Below are positions 25,801-40,150 of a stretch of 64,000 bases of DNA, piece after piece. The stretch comes from the human T2T-CHM13v2.0 reference genome, Homo sapiens. The stretch lies in NCBI RefSeq assembly GCF_009914755.1, contig NC_060931.1. One strand, 5' to 3'. The notes beneath the pieces were generated by a model. That model was not told the origin of the DNA. It made no database searches and saw only the letters and a list, made by a program, of their open reading frames with translations. Position numbers and translations under genes: made by a program. Each line of letters starts with the position of its first letter. The first letter of the stretch is position 1.

Positions 25801-27505
25801 TGAACATAGTTTAATGGTACTTCAAGGCTAATAAGGAAAGCCCCTTGCTCCATCCTTTCCTATTCCTCAGTCCCATCCCAAGAGACATTCAGCCTTCAGT
25901 TTTTTCTAGCTCGGTTCTTTCAGCCTTCAGTTTTTGGTTTTAGGTTTCTAAATAATATGATTATACAGCCATTTATTTTTTAGGTGTTTGTCAACTTACT
26001 ATTAAGACAGGTGAAAATTTCTTTTATTGTTTCACATCCTTCTAATATTATTTTGGTTAGATCATGTACCTGTTTGCATAGCTGTGATCATACTTGTATG
26101 TTCACTCATGAATTAATTTAATGTGCTTACATTTTCATTCTCATACAACGTTTTGTCTTGGAGTTAATGCTCTTTTTTTTGGCTTTTTATGCACATCATT
26201 GATTCTTCCCAAACAGTCCCAAATAAATTTGTCACAACTTTTCTTGATTCTGTACTTGTTTCAATCTAGACTAGTTTCTCTCATCCAATTGTATAGCAGT
26301 TTTCCTGAGACAGCACTATCGTGAGGATTTGTTTTTCTTTCTCTTGAATTGTATCCCTCATTTTCTGGATCCCATGTCTTAATTTACTTCTTTGTTAACA
26401 TGGAGCACTTCTTTCAGTAGTTTCTTGGGAATGAGTGCGTGAGAGATCAGTCAGTTATTTAGTGACTTCATATTTCTGAAAGATAGTTTGCATGGAAATT
26501 CTAGGTGGAAAATCAAATTTGGAATTTTTGAAAATTTTGACAAGTGTATTCAAATTCAGAATTTTGAAGGCATTGCTCTATTCTAATTTGCAAAATCTTG
26601 AGATATCTGATGCAGTTTTTATTTTTATTTCTTTGTTTTCTCAGCATCTCTGTTTCTAGTGTTCTAAAATTGCATGATACTGTGCTTTGGTGGGATTGGC
26701 AACCTGGAAAATATTAAGTTCTTCATCTCTTCTCTTCCTCCTCATTTTCTTTGTTCTGGAACTCTATGACATAGTGGAGCTCCCAAATTGAATCTTGGGC
26801 CTTATTTTTTTTTTTTTTTTCTGTCTGGGATATTTCTCTAAGACAATTTTCCAATTTGTATTGCATTTTATTTTTGGCTAGCATTAAATTACTTGCCTCT
26901 GTGTAGCTCCATGCCACACTCTTGCCTCTAAATCCTAGGCCTGCCTGAATTCTGCAGGGTCAGTCCTACTGTCACTCATCTGTGATAGCCCTGCTAAGGC
27001 AGATACCACTCTTCTTACCATGTTCAATACATTTATTGAGCTCTTCAGTATTGTTTCTTCCTATTTTAATTTTTCTGGTTTTGTAATTTGTACTCCTGCT
27101 TTTTTACTGGGCTTTTGGGAGGAAGAAGGTATAGAGTGTTAATCTGCATGTTGAATTTATATGCAGGTGACTTTATTCATGAAACTTGTGGTAACTGCTA
27201 GACAAGGGTGGCTGGGTGTTCAATGTGTAAGAATGCTTGTGTTTTCTTGAAAGTAGAAAAATGTTGTGTTATAGACTAGTTGTTCATTGCTTGATTCTTG
27301 ATTAATTTTGCCCGCTTTCATTATTTTGAGGCTCAAGCATTTTGAAGTATTCATTGTCTGTGACTCCTCTTTGATGGGTACTAAATTTCCTGGGAGTGAA
27401 TTTAGATACCCTGAGATGTAATATATGAAAGAAAAAGCAAATACTTGAGAATGTCCCTAGATTAGACACTTCATGTGAGAATATCTCTTTTTGTGACCCA
27501 AAACT

Positions 27506-27759
27506 CTTTTTTTTTCTTTTGAGATGAAGTTTCGTTTTTGTTGCCCAGGCTGGAGTCCAATGGTATAATCTGCCTCAGCCTCCTGAGTTGCTGGGATTAC
27601 ATGCATGTGCCACCACACCCGGCTAATTTTGTATTTTTAGTAGAGATGGGGTTTCTCCTTGTTGGTCAGGCTGGTCTCGAACTTCCGACCTCAGTTAATC
27701 TGCCTGTCTCAGCCTCCCAAAGTGCTGGGAATACAGGCATGAGCCACCGCACTCGGCCC
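27506..27759 (-). mobile_element. AluS (Sp-like) with internal deletion
   Basis: gttggtcaggctggtctcgaac; TSD ccaaaactctt. Confidence 0.88.
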
Positions 27760-28303
27760 CAAAACTCTTCTTAAAGGTGGTCTTGCAGGTATGTTATAGT
27801 TAAAATGAAGTAGGTTGTCTTGCTTTGTTCTTAAGTGGCTTTCCAGAAGTCTAACTGGTCTAAAGGCAGTCTTATCCCCCTCACTGGTGTATAGTTCAAT
27901 TCAGACTTGAATGCGAGGTATGGGTTTACATCTCATCTCTGCCACTTATAATCAGTGTATCCCTCAACAATTAAATTCCTTAGTCTCCATTTCCTTCCTC
28001 CTTCAGGGGAAGTTAATATTCCACAAAGTTAGAAGTTACAGGAGAGGAAAAGTAGTAAACGCCCCAAAATGAGGCAGTTACTTCTATTATATCTTCAAAG
28101 GATACATGGCTCAAGGCAGATCAGGTAGTTGGGAGATTTCTTAAAAACAGCATAATAGCTAACATGAACATTTTCATTATTCAGAGAAATTTGACATAGC
28201 TTTTTAACATATGTTTCTGAGAAAAGTTACTAGTTATATTGTCTTCCTCCAAGAATTAGTCTTTGGGTACAGATGAGGCTTGAAAAAATGACATTCCCTC
28301 TTA

Positions 28304-28674
<371 letters not shown>

Positions 28675-29137
28675 GAAAATTTTGTGGAACACCTATTTTC
28701 TCACTGACATGAAAAATGTTTCAAAGATGAATAATGTCCATCAAGCTATGGCAATGGAAGTGAGGATGATAAAGGATTGCACAGTTGTTCACAACCTCAC
28801 TGTTAGTATCCTGCTGAGATAGTTGGTCTCCTCATCACTGTAGCATCTTTTATGTACAGCAGAGGGCAGAAGCTCCTTGGCATGTATGTGAGGGAACCAC
28901 ATATATGGAAGGCTGTTATTCCTGAGAAAGGAGGATGTGCAGACACTCACAGAACAAAGCCTTTGTAAAGGAAAGGCGGCCGATGAGATGGAGTGCTTCC
29001 TTCACCTGTGGTGGGTCTGTATCCATGAAATCGCCCACTCACAATCGCTTTTTGTAGCTACTGGAAGCACTAGGCGTCTGACCTGCCATCATCCTTGTTA
29101 TGATGTCATAATCATATTCTGTCCGTGTTTATTGCAG

Positions 29138-29644
29138 TTCTCTGGTTTGTCTGGAGTGTTTGCAAGTCAGTCATCATAGTGGCAGCTTCCGCCTGCTACA
29201 GGATATTTATATATGGAAGCATACCATGGCAGGAGTGCTGGAAAGGTGGTGTCAGCTAACAGTTGCTTCAGCCAGATAAGGACGGTAACTTCAGTCCAAT
29301 AAAAACCTCATCAGTTACCAACTAAATCAGGGCATGGTGTTTTTTTGTTGTTTTCTTTTTAAAGCATAGTTTTAGTAATATATTTACTAAAAACCTTAGA
29401 CATTATGAAAAAAGTCAGGATTTGGAATCTTACACTGCTTGGCTAAATTGACACAATATAGACCAACAGTTTCATCCTGGGGCTTATGGGTCTCATAGGA
29501 GCACCCGTATGCTGAAGAAAGGCAAAGAGAGAACTACAGAATTTGTAGAAAAGTTTTGTTGTAGTTGCTTCTGAACAATTAGTTTTTGTTTGTTTTGTTT
29601 TGTTTTGTTTTTCTGGTAACCTAGCAGTCAAAGCTCACATTTTT
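29138..29644 (+). other. LSMEM1: Probable LSMEM1 promoter / non-coding first exon region (candidate donors at 29284 and 29644)
   Basis: LSMEM1 exon 2 has only 5 nt of UTR, so an upstream exon must exist. Nearby unique sequence has TATA-like TATTTATATA (~29204), E-boxes and donors ACG|gtaact and TTT|gtaagt. The TSS cannot be fixed from sequence. Confidence 0.45.
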
Positions 29645-32600
29645 GTAAGTAATTTGCATGCTATTACTCTACTGAGACTGAATTATGATTCTCGAGTCTG
29701 GGAAGTTTTTGTTGCATGTGCTCTGTGTTTTTCATTTTTGATAGAAATGATTTAGACTTGATTTTAAAAATTACTTCCTGAATGTGAAGAGGCATTGACT
29801 GGGAAATGAAATTAAAGAACAAATTACCATGACTCATTCAATAACACTGCTTATTAGCTTTGAATTATGCCCTATTATAACAATTCTGATTTTGTGGCAA
29901 GCAATACTGGTGTGAGTTATTTCTGTGGTTTGATACCAAGCACCTGTGGTTAAAAAATAAAGCACCAGGCAATTTTTCATAGACAATTATCTTTATTTGT
30001 TGGAATATTTATTTGTAAATAGTCAAAGAATTCTTAAATGACAAAAAATCAACTGTTAGCAGTGATCTAAACCAGAGGAAAATGAAATTACTTACATGTT
30101 TCCAGTCAAGGTATAAGAAAGGTTTCTGTTAAAGGGATGCTGCTTTAGCCAATCTTGGTGAATAAGCAAATTTGCACACTGGAGTTGAAAGGAGGGTCAA
30201 GTTAGTGTGATGAAGAATTGCTAGTAACACTGGCTTCTCCAGCCTTGCTGGTTGTTCCTAGATGCCCTCATTTGGAGATGCCAAAGATAGCAACTACTGG
30301 GTGTCAAACAGCCGTGGGGCCTGGTTTTAAGGCCATGTGATCTTGTATCCCTTTACTAGCAGCCTCATGAGTCATTTGCAAGTCATTTGCAGGCTCTTGG
30401 AGCCCTGGAACAGCACCCAACTCAGTTTTCTCTGCTAGTTCTTTATTTTTCCATTTGCGTGTTGCAGCTCATTAAAAAAAATTGGAATAGCATATATTTA
30501 CATTGTGACTTCACTCTAAAGAAGACATTTTCTTTCAAAGCACGTCATGGCTCACTAGGTTGTTGTCTTAGTTTTTTTTGGAGTCACCTTTTGAGTAGAT
30601 AGCAAGACCAGTAATATGGAGATTTTATTAGCTGTACTCTTAAAGTCAGTTTTTGTGGCCATGATTTTCTAGCTAGGTCTCTATTTTGTAAACATTGATT
30701 AAGCCTCAGTATGAAATTGAAGCAACAGCAGATACATTCCTGAAGGGGAAGCTAAGGCTCAAGGCTATTAAGTCAGAGATCCAAAAATGAACCATGCTTC
30801 AGTTACCACACCTAAAATAGAAGCTGTGTGCAGAACAGTGGTCCTGTGATGTGACACATAAAACTTTTTTTCCTGGTCAAATATTACTGTTTGGTCAAAT
30901 ATTAGTATAAATGGATGATAAAATATGAAACACATCTAAAAGAATTGTTTTAAAATCTGTGACTATGCATGAGTGAATATTTTGGGGCCTTGGTTTTAAC
31001 TGCAAAAGGATAAGATTTGACTGACCTCTAAGGCCCTTTTACTCTATTTGCTGCTGCTTTTTAATTTTTTTTAATTGTCATATCAAGTCATTTCCTTAGG
31101 AATGCTCTATGAAGTATATTTGGAATTCAGTAATGTCAATAAAGTGCTATGGTAGTATCTTATCTGAAAACTCAGGGAATTGTTTGTTCTTGTTAATTAA
31201 AATTTCAAGATAAGTGAAACACACTTTTTTAGTTTTAACCCTAAAAAAAATTTTTAGTCCATGACTTTTTGAGCTCACTTTCTTAGCTAGGGTTCTGGTA
31301 GCACATTTTTCACAAGTACCAGTAGTTTTAGGTATTACTGGGAAATTGTTTTTTTAATATTTTAGACTAAGTTTAAATTGCTCAGTAAATGTCTGATACT
31401 TTTTTTCCCCACATCTTCTTTAGGTGTATACTTTTTTTTTTTTTTTATGAATTTGGTTTCTCCCAACTCTATATTGCTCTTCATTCTGTAGATGAGTTTT
31501 AAAGGAAATTTTTGCAACAACAGAAAGTAAACAGTGTGTTGTCAAATACACACAGGCACCATATTTATCGCATTGACTTTACTAGAGTCCAGATAGACAT
31601 CACATGAGGATTTTTATCCTCAATCTTATTTCTGTTCATGTACTTATTATTAACTGCCTCCAATTCTTTTGAAAATGGTGAGATTTAAATCCTAAATAAA
31701 CATTTCAGGTGTTCCATCTTAACATAAGTCACCAACTTCTAAACCTGGCACTGGGCATTTGAAGAATAGGATTCGTCCCTACTCTAAGGAGTTTTCAGTC
31801 TATCAGGAAATCAAAGATGTAAGCAAATAGATGCAATAAAATACTATAGATGTTCTGATAGAAGAATGTAAAGAATCCAGCAAAGGCAAAAGGAAAGACA
31901 GGTTGGTTCTCTCTTCCTAGGGGAAGTGATGTTTGAGCTGAGTCTTGAGGCAGGATTAGGAAGGGATATAGAAAAGAAAAGTAGCACAAAGCAAGACTCA
32001 TTGAATGCTGAACAAAAGGCCCGATTCCAGCTCTGCTGCCAGGCAAATGTGTGATCCTGGGCATTTACCTCGCCGAGCTTCCATTTCCTCATTTGCGGAA
32101 AGGATGGGAACTAAAGCACATCTAACACCCTTTCTAGATCCAAACATCCTCTATCACGATTAGACTTGATAACCATGAAAGGAAAAGCTTTTATAGTAAT
32201 TGAAATTTGTCTTTCTAGAGGCTTCTTTTCACATAATTAAATGGCCACAAGTTCTCTGTTGTGCTAGAGATACATCTCCACATAAACCTTTTAAACTCTT
32301 CAGGATTTTCAGTGTTGCTTGCAGTTGTGCTGTCGTTAGAGAATATTACTTTCAATATTTAATAAACCTCAAGCTATTACATAAGTGACCTCAGTCTAAG
32401 GGAAACCCAGGTGGAAGAGATCTCAGAGGTCCTGAAGTCTAGCAGGATTCCTCTCTATAGCAGCTAAGTTTGCTAAGATTGTTGTCTTGGGGACTCACAA
32501 TCAGCATCTTATGGCTAAAGGAATTGTGTGAAGAGAAGGACTTACATGCCATATGGAGGGAGGCTATAAAAATTGCAATTTTCTATTAAAGCCTCCTGCA

Positions 32601-33087
32601 ATTAGAATGGTTCATGGTAATATTCTCTTTTTTCAGAATGTTTTGTGGCCACTGCTGACTAGCTTAATTTTGTCTACCTAGTCTTCTTGCACAAAGGATT
32701 TGAGGCATCTCACCAGAATGTGAACAATGTAATAAAAGAAAAATTTTAAAATTAGTTACAAAATAAAAACAGATCCAGGGAAAATATAGGCAGAACTGAG
32801 ACATCTGAGGAGGAGAAAAGAGTGTTTGCAGATAAGCAGGGTATACATGGATGTACAATTCTTAAAATTGGGCCACACATTTGACTGTGAGCTTCCTGGC
32901 AAGCAAAGCAAAAAGAACGATTACAAAGTGGTCCACAGAAGGAAATATTTTTTTCTGGATAAGCCAAGTTCTCTAGAGCCTTAGTTGAAAATACTATTTG
33001 TGGGTGGTTCTTCATAGGCCTGTCTGGCTTCCTGGTGGCTGTGGTTCTTGTGAAGTTGAGTTCACAAGCCCAACCTCTTGTTTTTAA

Positions 33088-33279
<192 letters not shown>

Positions 33280-34789
33280 TAGGCTACCTAAAAATAGCCA
33301 CTGCTGACTGGATGTGTGGGTGTGGTGGCGGGGGAGGGAGCATTAGGAAGAGGTTGGCACTGGAAATGTTATTTGTTGTTGGGCAATTTTGCTTTTGTTT
33401 TCTGAATACTTGACAGGATTATGGGCTTTCTTGGATCCTACACGAGATTTGAACTCTTGACTTCAAATATTCTGAGATCCTGTGGCGTTTCTGTCCCTGG
33501 AAAGGGGTGGAGCCTGCAGAGCTGGACTCCTGGAGGCTGGCTCATCCCTCTCCTAGTGACCATGGCTAGGTTACCGATGGGGACCACTTCCCACAGGAGT
33601 GTTGTTTTATAGCAGATTGCTGAGAGAATGCTCAATCCAGAGCATTTTCTACTTACAAGTTACAAATTGTGCAATTAAGGGTTGGAGAAAGGGGGTGGGG
33701 GGAGCAAAATAAAATCTGCTAAATACTAAGTGTGTATCTTGCCTCCTAAATATTATAAATGAGCTTTATCAGATCACTCTGAGTGCCATCTTTTCTAGCT
33801 TAAATGCTGACATTCAAACACCAGTGTTAATTGCTCACTTGCCATTTGTTTCATATGCACTCTAAACTTACTGTTCCAATTTTATATCTATTATTTCCTG
33901 TCTAAATCCTTTCCAAGTTCCTCCTTTTTTTCTTCATTTTAATAAGTTCAAATTTTCATCTGTTTTTATTGCTGTCAGTCTCAATAGCAGTAGAAGTTTA
34001 GGTGTCAGCCCTATGCTGTTGCTCTGATTAGGAAGCAAAAGTGGCTGAAGCGTATGGCATAGGATGTACTTATAAGGCATGGGACATAAGCCACCCATCT
34101 GTCCATAATCAAGTGGCACAGTGAGTGGGACCAATTCAACGTAGGAGAGTATGCAAAAAGTAATCCAGTGATCTCCACTACCCCAGGTTTCTGCGTTGCT
34201 TATTCACTGCAACAAATAATCTGGGTGTTATTAGGCAACTAGATCTTGCAAAACGGTGATTAAATGCAGTCAATTCTTGGTTTGAGTGAACCAAGCTGTC
34301 GATAAAATGTAGCTGCATTCTCAGTTCAACTGCAAAGCATTTAAAAGAACGTTGCTTCCAGAGCATATCCATCCAGAAGACAGCTTTAAAAAACCAAAAT
34401 AGGTCAGGGCCATTTTTGTTTAAATGGATGTAGGCTTAACTGATTATTCCTATAATAAAAGAAGTTTCCAGGGAAATATCCCAGAGCATTCAATTGAGTC
34501 TTCCACCCAGCATAGGTATCCCACAACCAGCTCTGTTTTACTCCTGGGTTACTTTGGGAAAGGGTAATAGAACTTCTATCACTCTTAGCCTTTAACTTCT
34601 ATATTCCCTCTCCCCACACACAAAAATTCATGTTCTGCTATTTCAGTGTTAAGACAGTCTTCAAAGAACTTTCCAAAGAGGTCTAAGGAGATAGCTTAAC
34701 CCTGCTTATTCCTTGAATACCAATAGAGAAGAAGGTAAATAATTCACAAATTTCTCTGTGCCCAAAGACATTCCTAAAACAGAAGTCAC

Positions 34790-35486
<697 letters not shown>

Positions 35487-36883
35487 TGAGTGAACACCAC
35501 TGGCTGAGGACAGGGTCCCTTGGCCACAAACCCACTGCAGAAGCCCATAGTGCCAGAAGTCCATGAATATGTATGTTAAATAATTCTATAGCACTTTAGT
35601 TTCTCACTTGGAGCCTCTAGCTGCCCAATGGAAGGCAACTTATTCTGGTTGATTCTAGCTTTACTTTATCCAATGCCTAGATTTCTCCACTAAATTCAGA
35701 TCTATAACATCGAAACATTGAGGTTTCGAACTGAACTCGCTCCCAGGTTTTCTCACTTGCATATCATCCTAGACATCAATGAGAAGCACTTGAGGGCTTG
35801 TGCAAGGCCCCAGAGACAGTGTTGGAGATGTATAAAGGTGGCTTCTTTCCAATTTGATCCTGTCCAGGCAACCTACTCCTAATATAACCTGCTTTGTCTG
35901 CTCTTGGCCTGGGCCATGCATGTCGTGACCTTGAGTGGTGACTCAGGCTTCCCCACCTCAGCTTCTCAGTCAAGAGATCCTTCAAGCCTTCAGCGCCACC
36001 CTCCTCTCTGCCTTGGATGTGGGAGGGGTGCTGTCCACCTGCGGTGCTGTCTTCCCGTTCTGAGCGTTGCCTCTTCCCACAGAGCTCACCAGTTTCCTCT
36101 CTCATCTGGAATTATTTTGATTCTCTTCCAGATGACTTAAGAGCAGACAGAGCCTAAGGGAAGGTGTCATCTTTGATACCTTTTTGCCTGGGTGCACTGC
36201 ACTGTCATTTCTTTCACCCTTGAGTGCTTTGTAGCCTTTGGAAGGGCTCTAATTTAATTTCATTCAGGATTAGAGGAGGCAGAGGTGATGATGACGATGA
36301 GAGAAGACAGGTGGGCAGAGTTCATGATGACCCTTTCACCGCTTCCAATCCCATTTCCTCCCCCAAAGACTCCTCCCTCCTTACAGCTTGAAGGTCTTTA
36401 TCTAGCCTCTGGAGAAAAGGGTTGGGACTGGGAGGGAGGGGTCATGTTTAATTGCTTCTCTTGCACCGGGCTGATGACCTTTTGCATTTAGAAGCTAACA
36501 TGTGTACTATTTTTACAATAGTTGCAAACTTGCATCTGATGATGAATTAGGGGAGGCTTGGCTACTGAACCAGCAATGCCAGAAAGAGCACATGCGCTAG
36601 TATTCTGAACCGTTACTCCAACATAAATTAATACTGGGCATGTCATCCTGCCACACCCGCCTGGGGGTAATGACGGAGTTAAACTATTAGGAAATTTTAG
36701 GTATGTCTACAGACATGTAAACAACCCTCTGCCAAATTCTTTTTTTCTGTGAGATAAGTAGCAAGATTGAGGGAAATAATACCAAATGCTATATATCGAG
36801 TCATTACTCTGTCCCAGACACTGTGCTAAGCCCTTGATACCTCTTTGCTCACAACCTCATAACAACTCTGTAGTGTAGAATCC

Positions 36884-37187
36884 ATTATTATTATTATTAT
36901 TATTTTTATTTTTAAGATGAAATCTGTTGCCCAGGCTGGAGTGCAGTGGCGTGATCTCAGCTCACTGCAATGCCACCTCCAGGTTCAAGCGATTCTCCTG
37001 CCTCAGCCTCCCAAGTAGCTGGGACTACAGGTGTGAGCCGCCATGCCCAGCTAATTTTTGTATTTTTAGTAGAGATGGGGTTTCACCATGTTGGCCAGGC
37101 TGGTCTCGAAATCCGGACCTCAGGTGATCCTCCCGCCTTGGCCTTCCAAAGTGCTGGGATTATAGGCGTGAGCCACCGTGCCCAGCC
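36884..37187 (-). mobile_element. AluS SINE inserted in a MIR
   Basis: (ATT)n tail, TSD aatccattattatt, MIR-like sequence on both sides. Confidence 0.9.
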
Positions 37188-38021
37188 AAATCCATTATTA
37201 TTTTGGTTTTACCGGTGCTGAAACTGAGATTTAGAGAGATCTATTAATGTGCCCAAGGTCATGTTGCTAATAAGTGCCAAAATGGGGCTCAAGGACACTC
37301 CACTTGACATCAAAGACTATGTACTTTATCAACATCACTATGTTCCACTTTTATGAATAGCTTTTATTTTATATTTGCCTTGAGTGTTTTTTATTGAGAA
37401 CAAAGTCATATTAAATGAGAAACAGAAAGATCAGGTGAATAAAGAAGAGTGTTTTTTTACTGGATAATTGTTCTGTGTTAGATACATTAAGTTTATTATC
37501 TTAAATCCTTCCTCTAGCCATCTTAGAAAATTTAACTCTGATAAGCAAACCTCAAAGTGTTCCATTCCATATCTTATTGCCAAAGGTCCTGTGTATTTGG
37601 AAAATATTGTTCTTCCATTCTAATGGGTGGTCTGAGGGGGAATTATTACACATTCATTTTGGGCTGGTAATTCAGAACAAGCAGACTTATGTCAAAATAG
37701 GCTGGAACCCAAAGAATGTAATTTCTCAAATGAGCAAAAACCTTTTTCTGAGAATGGGTCTCAAAATAAAGCAACATAGCAATCACTTCTGGGAGGATAA
37801 TCAAACATGCTGACAGCTTCCTTTGGTTGCTCACAGCAAGGTCTTTTTTAGCCATAATTGGTGTGAAGTTGCCAAAGGTAGTCTAGGTTGGCACCAAGAG
37901 ATTGTAAAAACAATTCACTGGATAGGCAACTTCAGCCTTCACCAGTTTCTCTCCTGGGCTTCTGGCATGCATGGATATGGGAACAGGGGATTTGCCAAGA
38001 GTGTCTTTCAGCATCAGCTGA

Positions 38022-38240
<219 letters not shown>

Positions 38241-39158
38241 AGGAATGATTTTCTGAAAGCACCTGCTAACACCTTGAGCTTTTTACTTTCCTGGGAGTGT
38301 ACAGGGTTAGGAACTGAGAAAGTGCACTTCCTCAGGCAACAGATGATCTGGTCAGGCAACCCAACCCTGGGGCCCACTTTCTGCAGCAAGATGGGAGCAA
38401 TTCCAAGGCAAGTGGGTATGGGAATAGCAACTAAAAAGGGGTGAACTTGTCTCAGCCCCCTTTTATGGTAGGGCACTTCAACTTTAATGGGGTGGGCGGC
38501 TAGCAGGGAGGAGAATCAACAAAGCAAGAGAACTTGACTATGTACGTCCAACTTCTTACAGAAGGAGCTTTGCTACCAGAACAAGTTCACTGTGTCAATG
38601 AAGTTCATGACACCTCATGCACCTTTACAGATATCTGGGAAAGCCTGAGAAATTCATTGAGTTTTATGTATTGAAGGGAACCAGGTGATTACTCTTTTCA
38701 ATAAGAGGGATTCTGCTCAGGTGATTAGATTTTGACTCTATTTCCCCAGGGACAGTGATGGGTGGGCCCCAGAGCTAGTTGCTGTCTGGTGTTTGCTGGT
38801 GAAAACATGAGCAGTAGTTATGTGGGGCTGAGAGTCAAAAGGGAAAGCCTAATTAATTCAACTAATGTTTATTAAGCTCCTACTCTGTGCAAATCACTCT
38901 ACTCAAGAGGAGCTCACATAAGAGTGCAGGATAAAGAAAGGAGATGGACAGTTATATGTAATTATATAAACTTTGTGTATTTTGTTTCTCATGAAAAAAC
39001 CCCTTTGGCACCCTGCTGATTGATTTGGAAGAAATCTGATAGATTTGTGGCCTTTCCTAAATTGCACTAGGAAATTATGTAGTTAGAATATTTGGAACCT
39101 GCATTAGTTCCAGCAATGAAAGTAAGACACACAGCATATGACATAAGACACAGTGTGA

Positions 39159-39336
39159 AATAAATGAGTTTAAAAAGCATATGAGTCTTAGAAAATCTTT
39201 TATTTAATATAAAAATATTCTACCGGTCAATTGAAGAATGTATTATGATTCTATCATTTTGGATTGATCAAAAACATTTGGGTTTACTACGATATTAAGC
39301 ATTCACTTTACAATACTAAATAGTTAATGAAATAAA
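39159..39336 (+). terminator. LSMEM1: LSMEM1 poly(A) signals AATAAA (39159-39164 and 39331-39336)
   Basis: Canonical hexamers ~0.9-1.1 kb after the stop. Confidence 0.6.
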
Positions 39337-39919
39337 CACATTTTGCTTACCCAGTTTTGCACTCAAAAACCATTTGTATTAATACTCTTTTTCTTAAAAT
39401 TGATAGATATCTTGCAGAACACTGTTAAAACGTGAAATTTTCAATTATTGGAAAGTCTTTTTTGACCTATTGATAGGGTATGGCAAAAATCATTTGTTAT
39501 CACGATTCGTTGTAAAGTTGTTTCAGAAACTGATGATCTGATGCAACAACTCTTTGAAAAAAAAACACTTATTTCTTTCCTTTCTGTATGCCCTTATTAT
39601 ACTTTTCTCCCTTTTCTATCTAAACTGTGGATATATTTCATCCTCAGTTGTAACCTTTATTCCAAGAAATTTATGGTTTTTACAACATAAAATAGTGTCT
39701 GATAAATCATTTTATTCATCTTTTTGGAGCCAATGTTTTTTATCTGTACTGTCCTGCCTGTATTGCACAGACAGAGGTGTGGTGATGCCTCTGACCCTCA
39801 CAGCCTGGAAGACTTCAGTCACAACAACCCCTGGTATTGGGTATTCGATTCACAAATTAACAACTTCCATTGGACGTGTTTAAAAAGTATTGGCTGGCTA
39901 CAGATAATCCTATGGTAGT

Positions 39920-40150
39920 CAAATACAGTGGTTGAGAACATGGACTAGGGGATCCAACATCCTGGTTTGAATCCTGGTGCCACCACTTATTGTGACTTTG
40001 GGGAAATTAACTTAATTTTTTGTTTTCAGTAAAATCGAATAATTAGAAAATTGATTTCATAGTATTATTATGAGGCTTAAAAAAGGTTATAAATATAAAG
40101 GACTTAAAAATATAAAGGACTAACTCAATAAATGTTAGTTGTTATTATAA
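39920..40150 (+). mobile_element. MIR
   Basis: ctggtttgaatcctggtgccaccactta...ctcaataaatgttagttgttatta. Confidence 0.65.
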
